Of a DNA stretch of 64,000 nucleotides, positions 24,491-35,165 are shown in pieces. Under the pieces are notes generated by a model, which ran no database searches, was not told the DNA's origin, and was given only the letters and a program-made list of their open reading frames with translations. The position numbers and the translations under genes were made by a program. Numbering within the stretch: the stretch's first letter is position 1; every line of letters begins with the position of its first letter. Origin of the DNA: Eledone cirrhosa (lineage: Eukaryota); the NCBI GenBank assembly GCA_964016885.1, contig OZ024764.1, positions 24,862,001-24,926,000 of the forward strand, read 5' to 3'.

Positions 24491-25176
24491 TATATTATAT
24501 TATATATATCTATATATATTATATATACATATATTATATACACACATATTATATATACATATATTATATACACACATATCACCTCTTTCCGTCTCTCTCT
24601 GACTTCATGACATGGAGAATTTTCATCTTTTTTTTTTTTTAGTTTTCTTTCCCCCCTATTTTAGGACTATCAGATGCTTTCATGAGGGCCCTTTGATACA
24701 TCTGGGGCAGCCACAGACCTCCTTCTCATCCTGTTTTGGTAATTTTAGCTGCTCTAGATGATGTGTATGTAGCTGTTGATTACTCAGACCAATTCAAATG
24801 ATATGAGTGCAGCTCTGTTTAATCTATCTTGGTTTAATCTATACTACAAATACAGCTTAACTAAATTTGGATAATCAAGATGTTATGAGCTCTGCTCTTT
24901 ATTAATCTGGCCATCTCACCAGATGCTATGAATTCTGATTTTGGATTGATCTGGCTTGCCCAGCAGATGAGCATCAATACTGCTACAATATTAGGAGTAA
25001 CAACACCAAAGAGCATGATTGAAGGGCTCTGGTCTTTCTACCATGTAGTGTTATCATGTACATATATATATATATTTACTAGATTTGGTTCCAGCAGCCT
25101 CTGATGGGATCAAGCACTCCCTGCCCTTGCTTATCTCCCCTTCCTGTTTCCACAGTAGTCAGGGATCTTCTGAATA

Positions 25177-25223
<47 letters not shown>

Positions 25224-25269
25224 GTATACGTAGAGGAATTCTTGTTTCGACAGATATTTTGCAGCTGTG

Positions 25270-25335
25270 TCTGTAAACCCATGAAGAACTTGCTAGAAGC
25301 TCAATAGAGATGGCAAGGACTGAGAATTTTGAAAG
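25270..25335 (+). promoter_or_regulatory. Candidate type II SECIS element of SELENOK
   Basis: ATGA (25281) - 12 nt - AA (25297) - CTC/AATA/GAG mini-helix - TGGCAAGGAC - TGAG (25321). Helix II CTTGCTA/TGGCAAG pairs; helix I is weak. Confidence 0.7.
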
Positions 25336-25524
25336 AAGAATTCCAACCCCCAACTCCTAATCAACTGACTTTGTATACTATGTATGTGTATGACACATAT
25401 ATATATATGTATGTGTATGTGCATATATATATATATGTGTATGTGCATATATATATATATATGTGTCAGTTGAATATTTTTTCAATATATATTTTATATT
25501 CTATAATTGTTTTTTTTTTTCCTT

Positions 25525-25530
25525 AATAAA
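25525..25530 (+). terminator. Candidate polyadenylation signal of SELENOK
   Basis: AATAAA about 190 nt 3' of the SECIS candidate, after a U-rich run. Confidence 0.5.
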
Positions 25531-25931
25531 AAAATATCTCTGAATTGCAAATGATTTGTTTATTGCAAACAAGTTTAACTGTTTAGCATTTAAAATGGCG
25601 ACATCTGGCCAGAATTCTCTCACCTCTTTCTGTTCAAACTGGCTGTTACTAGTCCCTCATACCAACGGGTGGTTTTTCTGCTAGTATGTGTAGTGTGTAT
25701 ATTGATATGATACACAAATATATATACATGTAGATGTGATACATCAAATAAAATTGCAATGGTCAATATACACAGAAATTGAAGAGAGACTGTGTTGCAG
25801 TCTTCAGTAATTAGTATTTAAACCAGCTGGATGTGGCCAGAATTCTCTCACCTCTTTCTGTTCAAACCGGCAGCTTATACTGATGTTGAGGTATTGTTCT
25901 CAAAATAAATATCAAAATCTCGTAGATTCCA

Positions 25932-28900
25932 TATTATGTGAGGTAAAGCCTTTACTGTGACAATACAATAGTATATATAGAGTAATGTAAATGTTATGTG
26001 AGGTAAAGTCTTTACTGTGACAATACAATAGTATATATAGAGTAATGTAAATGTTATGGGAGGTATTATGTGAGGTAAAGCCTTTACTGTGAAAATACAA
26101 TAGTATATATAGAGAAATGTTATGAGAGATATTATGTGAGGTAAAGCCTTTACTGTGACAATACAATAGTATATATAGAGTAATGTAAATGTTATGTAAG
26201 ATATTATGTGAGGTAAAGCCTTTACTGTGAAAATACAATAGTATATATAGAGAAATGTTATGAGAGATATTATGTGAGGTAAAGCCTTTACTGTGACAAT
26301 ACAATAGTATATATAGTGTAATGTAAATGTTATGTGGGATATTATGTGAGGTAAAGCCTTTACTGTGACAATACAATAGTATATATAGTGTAATGTAAAT
26401 GTTATGTGGGATATTATGTGAGGTAGAGCCTTTACTGTGAAAATACAATAGTATATATAGAGTAATGTAAATGTTATGAGAGATATGTGAGGTAAAGCCT
26501 TTACTGTGACAATACAATAGTATATATAGAGTAATGTAAATGTTATGAGATATTATGTGAGGTAAAGCCTTTACTGTGATAATACAATAGTATATATAGA
26601 GTAATGTAAATGTGATGTGAGGTAAAGCCTTTACTGTGGAAATACAATAGTATATATAGAGTGGTTTCTTTATTTGCCACTAGGGCACAAAAGGTAGGGA
26701 CAGATACAAGGGGGGGAAGTTTACATATAATTAACGAGTACAAAAATATAACAATGAAATAACAACAACAAACGAAGTCCTCAATAGGGAGGGGGGCATT
26801 AACATGGGTTGCACACACCCCGGAAAAAATGTGCAACCCTTCTCCTCAGGAGCACAAAGAGTAGGTGCTTCCCTCATCTCCTCTTTTTCCTCTTCTTTCA
26901 CCTACAGGCTGATATAGAGAGAAGACCCATTCACTCTGGCCATTCTCCCTACTTTCACCCACCTTTTATAAAACTTGCTGGGGTAGAGCACCTCTCTCTC
27001 CATTCTGATCCTTCTTTTAAAATGGTATTTGAAAAAGGGGACCAGTTGTTGGCCGGAGAGAAAGGTGTCTGACCTCAGCCCTTTCAGCCTTGTCCACCAT
27101 ACAACTTCTTTAGCCATGGCTATCACACAGAGAAAAACCGCCTCTCCTTCGTTTTTGAAAGGGGGAGGCGGTTTGATCGTGACAATGGACTCGGTGGTCA
27201 ACCGGATTGGTCCCACCCTCGACAGTAGTCGTTCCACATAGCCCCACAGGTCAGCAATGCCTGGGCAGTGTACGAATGCGTGCGCAACGGTTTCGTCATC
27301 ATGCACGCATCTCGGACAGATCTTATTCAAAGGATCTCTACCCAGGCTCCCATGCCTGTGGAGCTTGTCTCGAACGGGTAGAGCCCCTCGGTAGCACTGC
27401 CAAGCCAGGGACTTTTGGAAGTTGTCCATCGGTCCAGGGCCAAACGTCCTACCGAACAGACTGGCCAGTTCATCTTCCTCCATGCCTAGAGCTTCTCCGA
27501 GAGCATCGTCGCACCTGCTGCGTACCAACCCTCTATAGAATGTCGAGGTGGAGTCTCAACTGATTGCCGGGTCCGCTTTCCAGAGGGCCGTGAGCGCCTG
27601 GGCACATTCAATGTGCCAGTCGCCCACTTTTCTCGGTGTTTGCTTGACCCAGAATTGCAGCTCGGTGAGTGAGACGAGTCTGGGAAAGGCTCGCCTCACA
27701 AACGGGGCCCACACCGGTTGACCGGTGAGGAATACCTGGAGGTGCCGTACCCTTAATGCGTGTTTACGCATCTGTAGCCACGGCATCCCCAGCCCTCCTT
27801 TCGAAGGGTGTTGACAGCAGATGGATCTCCTCACCAAAGGGGTCCGCTTGTTCCAAAGAAATTGGAACAGCGTGCACTCCATTTTGGCGAGTCTTTTCAC
27901 TGGGCAAGGCACGACGGTCAAGCGGTAGTAGATGACGGATGCTATATAAGTATTCGCCACCTCCGCTCGACCTTTCAGGGATAGTTTGCACTGGGCCCAC
28001 TTCTGGGTGAGTGCAAACACCCTGGCCGTTACCTCGTTCCAGTTTTTCTCCACCTGGAGGTCTGGTCCGAACCAGACCCCAAGCAGCTTCACCGGGCCCT
28101 GCGTCCGACGACGTCGTTGGAGGGCATCGGTTTGCCTCTCCATGTTCCGAGTTGCAAACCGACGGACTTGTCCCGGTTCCGCTTGGCTCCTGTAAACCTT
28201 TCATATTCCTCCAATAAGGTGCCGATCTCACCGATTTGCGAGGTTTTCGACACCATTACTGTCACGTCATCGGCGTAGGCCGACGCCGCTTTCTGCAATC
28301 CCGGTTCCAAAGGGATGCCCTGCAACCGCTCCAACTTCCGCAGTAGTGGCTCAAGAGCCAGCACATACAGTAGGGAGGAGAGAAGGCATCCCTGTCGGAT
28401 GGATCGCATGATTTGGAACGGCTCCGAGAGGTGGCCGTTCACCTTGACCCTTGAGCAGACGTTGCTGCTGTGCATCTCAGCAATCCAACCCCTGAAAACG
28501 GGTCCGAAGCCTGCCGCCGCGAGCACCGCATCCAGGTAACGATGGTCAACCCTATCGAAAGCTTTAGATTGATCCAAGTTGATCAGGGCCCCACCAAAGC
28601 CGGGTTCATTCCCTACCCTCTCTATGATGTATCGCATAAGGTGGAGATTGTCGTGAATGGACCTGGACGGGATTGCGCATGTCTGCGCTTCTCCCACCAG
28701 GTTTCCAACGACAAGCGCCAACCTCTTCGTTAACACCTTGGCCAAAATCTTTAACTCTGTATTTAGCAGAGTTATGGGCCTGAAGTTACTTATGTCATCC
28801 CCCTTGTTCTCATCCTTCCTCACCAGCGTAACTACGCCCTTGGTCACAGAACTGGGAATTCTCCCGTTCTGCTGCCAGTTGCAGTAGACCGCTTCGAGGA

Positions 28901-31900
28901 TATCGGAGAACAAGTCCGGCATCGCTGCATATAGCTCGTATGGTAGACCATCGAGACCCGGGGATTTGCGTTTGCCGCATTGGCTCAGCGCCGCCCCTAT
29001 CTCAGCAGCTGAAATCGTCCTTTCGCAGGACTTCGCCTCCACGTCCGAGAGGCGCGGCAGACCGTCGAGGTATGGATTGAAATCCATAGTCTCACCCGGC
29101 GCGCCGCCCCTCTCGAACAGTCGTGCAAAGTGCCGCTGAAAGGCCGCACACATCTGCCCAGGTTCAAGGATCACACGCCCATTCTGGTCCTTCAAAGACC
29201 GAATCGTGGACTTGTTCCCACTTTTTGCCTCTGTCACTCGGGCCCAGCTCACAGCTTTGGCTCCCTCATTACCCAGAACACGTATTTTACTCCTGACAAC
29301 GCAGCCTTCATGCTTCACCTCAAAGAACTGGTCTAAGGCCATTCTTGATGCCAGCACGCCGGCTACATTGCCACTCCTAATCGCCTCTTCTACTCTATCT
29401 ACTAATTCCCTTTCCGTCTTGTTCCTATCCCTTGCTAATTCCTGACTAAAACCTATCGATTCTATTCTAATTGCTCTCTTAAGAGAGCTCCACCACCTGT
29501 TGTTGACAATTGCCCCTGTCAAACTCTGCTTAACTAACGTGCTAATCCGTTTACTGTAAGCTTTGCTTCTCGGTAAGGACAAGTTCAGCTTCCAGTAACC
29601 GGGTCCCTGTCTATGGGTTCTATCAAGGTTGGCTATGCAGGTCACTAACTTGTGATCCGAATAGTCAACCATGAACATTTTTGGACAGCTAAATGTGTCC
29701 CTATCCTTCTCTCTAACTAGGACCCTATCTAGGTACGACCTAGATGTTCCACTGCGATTGGTCCACGTCCATAGTGGTACAGTCGGAAAATCTAGTCGAT
29801 ATCTATCGGCCAGGTCAAATCGGCCGATTAACCTTTTGAGGCTTTTACACCCCCCTCTATTGGCACATGCCCCTACATAGTCCCAACGTGCATCCAGGAT
29901 ACCATTCCAGTCCCCCACTAAAAGCAAGGAGCGGGACGTTCCCAGAAAAGTTTCCAGACGTTGGAAGTATTCCGGCCGCGCTGCCCAAAAAGGGGCGTAC
30001 ACAGCTATTAGTCTAAGGGCTCCACTTTCACTACTGCCGACGTCTAAAACCACCAGTCGACCCTCCGGATCCAGGTGCACCTTCTGTATTGCGAGGCCCA
30101 GGTGTTTTCGCAGCAGAACGACAACTCCACCCCCCCCCCCCGGTTGACAGAGAGATGCAAAGATCTCAAAGTCGTCGAAGAGGGGCGCCAGTTGGTGCTC
30201 GCTGCTGATCCTGGACTCGCAAATAGCCATTACATCCATTCTATGCGACCTGAGATCGTTTAAAAGTTTGCCTTGTTTCCAAGACAGTCCCAGGCCGCGT
30301 ACATTCAGACACCCAACTCTTATATCAGCCATGTTGGTTAAAAGAGGAAGGACCTACCTGTTCGGCTCCTGAGGAGCAGGTTGCACAATATCCATGGGCG
30401 TATTGGAGGGGTTGTTTGGTGGGGTGTTGTTCTGTGGTGGAGTGGGGGTGTTTGGTGAGGTGTGGGTGGGGAAACGTTTCAAGAGGACACGGTTATAGGG
30501 TCGAGTACATGTTTTCCCCACGTCCTCAGGAAAGTTCTCTCTTAGTTTTGCATAGGTGTCCATTGGGAGTCTTATCATTTTTAAATGCGGTTTGTTGGCC
30601 GCGCTTGCAAAGAATTGCCCTTCAGTTTCCACTGAAGGGTCTTTGTGTATTGTTTTTACTAGTTCTTTGTTATTTGTGTTAATGTATGTATACTGTTTTA
30701 TTTGTGTTGTGTGTGCTTACGTTTTGTTGTATGTGTTATGTTTTGGGGTGGGGCGGATTTTGTTTGTTCTGTTTGTTTTGTTTTTGTTGGTGGTTGTGTG
30801 TTTGTTTCGTTTATGTTCGAGTGGTGCTTTCTTTTTTTCCTTTTTACAGGCTGGAAGGGTTCCCCCTCTTCGTCACTAGGTGCCGTTTCCGCTGGGTCCT
30901 CGTCCGTGCTGTCGGGTAGTGGTGTATTTTGGGGTTTTGTTGTATTTGTGTGTGTTTTGGGAGTTGTTTTGGGTGGGGCCGTGTCTTGTGTTATTTTTCC
31001 GTGTTGTTTTTGTTGTTGTTGTTGTGGTGGTGGTGGTGTGTGGGGTGTAGGCAAAAGAGCCTTTTTTTTTTGTCAATTGAGGACAAGCAGCCCTTAGATG
31101 ACCCCTGCTTGAACAGTAGTAACATATGGGCCTCCTACCCTCGGCTGAAATATATATAAATGTTTCTCCATCGAGGGACACCCTCTGTGGTAATCTAGCT
31201 ATTCGTTCTGGTCTCATTTGGACCAGAACCTCCACGCTCAAACCGCCGAAAACGTCTGTGGTGACTTCTCCTACTGAAAGGATTCTGTCCTCGTCTTCTA
31301 AAAATCCTGTTAGTACCCAGGAAATGCATGCATTTGGCCGGATTCCGGAGACCCTTATCTTCTGCGTTCTTTTCCCTAAATATGTGGGGAAAAATGTATG
31401 TAGCTTGGAAACAATTGGCGCCACAGAGTATTTCCTGGCCGTCAATTGATCCTTCATTAGGACCGTTATATTCCCATATCACCTTTCTTAGGGGGCGTGG
31501 CTTTCACGTTAGGATGAGATGTGAAAATTCCGTCCATTTCTATTAGTTTGCCGTAATAAATTTTTAACTGGAAAATTCGCCCCAAAAAGGGGCGAAAATA
31601 AATAAACTCAAAGTTTGACAACCAAGGCAAGGGGTTAACGTATATTACAGTATAAAAAAATTAATCAAAACTCACTTTTGAGTAAGTAAATCCGACTCGG
31701 TAGCCGAGCTTGTTCACACACGTCAACACACGTCTCTAGTATACGAGATGTTATGTGAGATATTATGTGAGGTAAAGCCTTTACTGTGAAAATACAATAG
31801 TATATATAGAGTAATGTAAATGTTATGTGAGATATTATGTGAGGTAAAGCCTTTACTGTGAAAATACAATAGTATATATAGAGTAATGTAAATGTTATGT

Positions 31901-32062
31901 GAGGTATTATGTGAGGTAAAGCCTTTACTGTGACAATACAATAGTATATATAGAATAATGTAAATGTTATGTGAGATATTATGTGAGGTAAAGCCTTTAC
32001 TGTGAAAATACAATAGTATATATAGAGTAATGTAAATGTTATGTGAGGTATTATGTGAGGTA
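25932..32062. repeat. About 72-bp satellite (25932-26662 and 31737-32062) split by a Tx1-like LINE
   Basis: Unit ATATTATGTGAGGTAAAGCCTTTACTGTGACAATACAATAGTATATATAGAGTAATGTAAATGTTATGTGAG; it continues a MITE copy at 25810-25931. Confidence 0.85.
26663..31736 (-). mobile_element. Near full-length Tx1/L1-clade LINE (ORF1 with CCHC knuckle; ORF2 APE-RT-Cys domain; frameshifted)
   Basis: ORF1 CYYCSSRGHLRAAC; ORF2 30332-26902 with LNVRGL, GDWN, SYLDRV, SDH, GYWKLN, SPGLDGL, DQSKAFD, YADD and CPRC...ETVAHAFVHC; 3' AATAAAGAAA. Confidence 0.93.
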
Positions 32063-32064
32063 AA

Positions 32065-33540
32065 CATAAATAGTCTGATTGATGATGCGTGCAACAAGTT
32101 TAGTGCCTACGTCCACTGATGCCTTCAGCATCTCAGCAGCTATCCCCGATGGTCCAGCAGCCTTACCATTTTTCATTTCCTTAATCGCCTCTTGGACCCT
32201 ATATTCGTCAATCTCAATAGCTGGTCCCTCTGTTGGATCTACTGGGGGTAATTTCTCTCTCTTCCATTCGTTCTCCACATTCATCAGTCTCTCATAATGA
32301 CATTTCCAGGCCTCCTTTTTCTGATCATTCGTGACACTAAGTACACCGGCATCATCCCGGACACATATATCTCCAACAACATCCTGATTTGCATTGACAC
32401 ACTGCCTTGCAATGTGGAACACTGCACGCCTCTGATCTTCCCATCGCAGAACATTGGCAAACCTCCTACTCTCAGCCTCCCTGCGTGCTAAGTACACCTG
32501 ACATCTAGCTTCTCTCTTAGCGGCTGTGTATTGGTCTCTACTCCCACCATTTTTCCAGGCCTTCCATGCTAGTCTTTTGTCTTTAATGGCTCTATCTACT
32601 GTGCTGTTCCACCACCAGGTCACCCTCCACACCTTCCTCTATGTCTCATTTCGTCTCTTGCTTACTGAGATGTCACTAACGACTAACCTATGCTGGGGGG
32701 TACATTCTTCCCTGGGATATGCCTTAGTATTTGACACCATCTGTCTGTCTATGCTGCCTAACTAGTAAGAAGTCAATCTGGCTTATGTGCTCGCCTGATT
32801 TGTAGGTTATTAGGTGGTTGGTAGATTTCTGGAAGTTAGTGTTGCAAAATTGCACTTGCATCACAAAATTCAAGAAGCCTAACTCCTTCATTTCTTGAGC
32901 CATAACTGTGCCCACCATGTACCCCAGTGCAACCATCCTGGAACTGTCCAGCATGACCATTGAAGTCCCCTGCTAGCATAACGATATCTCCATTCTCTGT
33001 CATTGCGGCAGTTTGTAAAAGTTGTTTGTAAAAGCAGTCTTTCTCTTCTTTACCTAGGCCTGCCTGGGGAACATAGGCAGAGATGATTGTCAGCAGTCTC
33101 CTGCCTACAACTAATCTAAGCTTAATTATTCTATTACTAACTCGTACTACCTCTATTGTCTTATTGATCCATCTCTCAGCCAGTAAAATGCCTACTCCAC
33201 CTAACCCATCATCCTTACCTACCCAGAAAAGCTTATAACTAAGATGTTTGCCTGCGATTAGTCTTGCAGAGGCACCTCTCCATCTCACCTCTTGAACGCA
33301 GCACACATCCACATGCCTTCTCTCCAGCATCTCCACTATCTCACCAGATCTACTTGTTAGAGTGCCAATATTAAGTGTTGCAACTCTGAGGTGCGACATC
33401 TTCATATTCTTGTTCCTGTTGTGTGATTGCTTGCTTGATGACGGTCAGGGGTTTGTTGCACATGGCCTCCCCAGCCATCCTACTACCGTTCGCAGCCCTA
33501 GTTAGTGTTATTGCTGTTTACGCAGTTGTTGTTATGTGAT
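32065..33540 (-). mobile_element. Decayed RTE family A copy (5' half, internal deletion)
   Basis: High similarity to 2830-4365; a deletion joins RKVWR to RVTWWW near 32625; the 3' part is replaced by satellite. Confidence 0.88.
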
Positions 33541-33544
33541 TGCT

Positions 33545-33574
<30 letters not shown>

Positions 33575-33577
<3 letters not shown>

Positions 33578-33931
33578 CAAAATGTTATTTAAATTGTTGG
33601 TTATTCAACAAAAATTTATAACAGATTCGAAGCACTCTACAATATTATTCTGGAGTATAATATCAATGATATTAATAAATGGAAATTATCTGTATAAAAC
33701 CATATTTATTTTATTATATATATTTCAAGAACTTATCGTTCTAAGTTCAGTTTGAATACTATTCAAACTGAACTTAAAATGATAAGTTCTTGTTTTTGAA
33801 TATGTCACTATCTGTAAACTAACTTTTGTATTTTATCTGATGAGAGCATACCAAAATGTTGGTACCCTTGAAATGTATATAATAAAATAAATATGGTTTT
33901 ATAAAGATAGTTTCCATTTATTAATATTATT
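33575..33931. mobile_element. Fold-back Penelope pLTR element (family of 16231); hammerhead at 33829-33889
   Basis: Arms about 33664-33729 and 33866-33931; extra internal hairpin 33726-33792; CTGATGA...GAAATGTATATA. Confidence 0.78.
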
Positions 33932-33947
33932 GATATATATATATATA

Positions 33948-34738
33948 TGGGATAACAAGTTATCGTTATAGGTAATCCAGTTAGAGTACTCTACGTCGTG
34001 GATAGTTTTAACGTACGGCTTTGTTTGACTCAACAAGATGTTTCCATAGTTATGCAGCGAGTTTACGGTAATTTCTATGCAGGTTATACTTGGAGTAATA
34101 ATAGTTAAAGAAAGAAGAGTAACATGGTTGGCTGTACAATAAGGGCTTTATTTAAAGTACTGACAATTGTTTCGTTGGTCAGGTGAGTCTAGAGGTCGCT
34201 AATCGGTGGCGGTTGTGTCAATCGATCTCCAATACATTGTTTGCCACTGGTCAACACATCAGAGCACATATGAAAATAATTCACTCGAGGCAAGACTTAT
34301 ATAGAGGAGTAGCGTAAAACAAAACAATAACATCAATAATAGAGCAGCGTATAATTAAAACAATAACATCAATAATAAAACATGTATGGTGGATAGAGAA
34401 GTTACAGATGTAAACAGTAAGATACAATGTAGGGTACATTAAATAATAATAATAATAAGAAGAATAATAATAATAAGAAGAAAATGAGGAAATGCAAAAT
34501 ACAAATAAATAAAAGAAATGAAAGAGTTATATATTGTACTTAGAGTTAGATTTTAGTAGTTCCTAATAAAATGTTCCTTGGTGCTAACATGAGAGATTTT
34601 AGAAGTAGATAAATTTGTGTGGTGGGTCCGGTAAAATAGACAACAATAAAATAGAGATTAATTGATGTCTACTATTTATGGGTTGACAGGTCATTTGATG
34701 AACGTTCCTTGTAGATGTTGGTCGCTCTATCTTAATGA
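33948..34738 (-). mobile_element. Penelope 3' fragment with degenerate hammerhead (34157-34267)
   Basis: GTGCT-CTGATGT...GAAAC-AATT-GTC-AGTAC; possible decayed ORF end near 34560-34620. Confidence 0.5.
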
Positions 34739-34946
34739 TATATGTATATATATATATATATACACATATATGTATGTATATATATATATGTATATAATAC
34801 TAAGGGTTGACGGACCCAGCATATTTATCAATGCCAGTACCGGTTATATCTCAGCCTACTCCATGGGCAATGTAAGGTACATTCCCAGAGTATACACAAA
34901 GTTATTTGCTTCAACACAATACACGTAAAACGGGTGCCTATAAGGT

Positions 34947-35058
34947 TCCCGGACTCGAGTTTCTGCCGCACCAATGCAGCAGTAAGGTGCACTGCACCAT
35001 CTGTCTGAATATATTCTGCAACAATGCACAATTGGCTTATGCGGCTTCATCAGTGGGT
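34947..35058 (-). ncRNA. Hammerhead with long helix II (Penelope remnant 34795-35105)
   Basis: CCCA-CTGATGA-A GCCGCA...TGCGGC A-GAAAC-TCGA-GTC-CGGG. Confidence 0.65.
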
Positions 35059-35165
35059 ATCACCTAATCAATAACCAATCGATCGACAGAATCCTAAGAC
35101 CAGCCTATATGTATATATATATATGTTTATATATGTATATATATATATATATATATGTATATATG

